A stretch of 27,787 bases of DNA, taken from NCBI GenBank assembly GCA_964402005.1, contig CAYOBD010000002.1:1-27787 (forward strand), in the 5' to 3' direction. This DNA is from an uncultured Eggerthellaceae bacterium. GTDB taxonomy: Bacteria; Actinomycetota; Coriobacteriia; Coriobacteriales; Eggerthellaceae. The notes below the pieces were generated by a model, which was given only the letters and a program-made list of their open reading frames with translations, was not told where the DNA came from and did not search any database. The translations under genes and the position numbers were made by a program. Shown here in pieces: positions 27,217 to 27,787 of this stretch (position 1 is its first letter; every line of letters begins with the position of its first letter).

Positions 27217-27251
27217 GGAACAGAATGGGACTGTCCCTTTCTGTTCCTTTT
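27215..27251 (+). terminator. Intrinsic terminator of the giant gene
   Basis: aaggaacagaatgggac-t-gtccctttctgttcctt: 17-bp arms with one mismatch, ending in a T run and overlapping the TAA. Confidence 0.8.
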
Positions 27252-27393
27252 GCGTCCAGCCCTGTCTATATCGTCACATATGGTTTTCTATGTTTGGTCA
27301 CTTCTCTGCATGATTATTTCAATCTACTCATATACAATGCAAGTTTGTAACCGTAAGGAGAGCGGTAACATTCCCAACGAATAGGAGGAAACA

Positions 27394-27787
27394 ATGCCAT
27401 CTGATATCGAGATCGCGCAGGCAGCAAAACCGCAGCATATCCTGGAGATTGCCAAGAAGGTCGGCATCCCCGAGAAGTACATCGAGCTTTACGGCAACTA
27501 CAAGGCCAAGATCGACTACAACGTGCTGCTTGACGAGCCGCAGGAGCCGGGCAAGCTGGTTCTGGTCACGGCCATCAACCCGACGCCCGCTGGCGAGGGC
27601 AAGACCACCACGACCGTGGGTGTGGCGGACGGCCTGAGCAAGCTCGGCAAGAAGGTCATGGTTGCTCTGCGTGAGCCGTCGCTGGGCCCTGTGTTCGGCG
27701 TTAAGGGTGGCGCAGCTGGTGGCGGTTACGCCCAGGTCGTTCCCATGGAGGACATCAACCTGCACTTCACCGGCGACTTCCATGCCA
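27394..27787 (+). CDS. fhs: Formate--tetrahydrofolate ligase (3'-truncated; absent from the ORF track)
   Basis: My translation: [16 protein letters not shown]...[10 protein letters not shown]...[22 protein letters not shown]...[50 protein letters not shown] lies upstream. Confidence 0.97.
   Translation, partial: MPSDIEIAQAAKPQHILEIAKKVGIPEKYIELYGNYKAKIDYNVLLDEPQEPGKLVLVTAINPTPAGEGKTTTTVGVADGLSKLGKKVMVALREPSLGPVFGVKGGAAGGGYAQVVPMEDINLHFTGDFHA

Noticed and set aside
27328-27783. 151-aa minus-strand ORF in the track
   Set aside because: It is antisense to the clear fhs gene, which the track missed because it has no stop in the window.
1-27787. Mobile-element genes, prophage, tRNA or rRNA
   Set aside because: No transposase, integrase, phage or structural-RNA signature was seen.

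Overview
High-GC chromosomal window, gene content suggestive of an anaerobic actinobacterium such as Coriobacteriia (inferred, not proven). The left half is mostly housekeeping and signalling: a 5'-truncated MacB-like ABC transporter, a class I/II aminotransferase, a universal stress protein, metA with a 104-aa C-terminal extension, an RsbU/RsbV/RsbW-like partner-switch operon with no adjacent sigma factor, a D-amino-acid aminotransferase, an OmpR-family two-component pair and coaX. Between coaX and a 3'-truncated fhs lies a 13.5-kb gene for a 4503-aa cell-wall-anchored protein. It has a signal peptide, five capped right-handed beta-helix cassettes, a bacterial PI-specific phospholipase C domain with apparently intact catalytic motifs, an InlB-B/CnaB/MBG stalk and a SAKTG sorting signal. 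This tethered-phospholipase giant is the best candidate for an undescribed system. Three unrelated ~33-bp palindromes with a one-base T centre sit at stop codons. The histidine kinase seems to begin at an ATA overlapping the upstream TAA. No CRISPR array, rRNA, tRNA or transposase was seen. All family calls come from motif recognition by eye; no database search was run.
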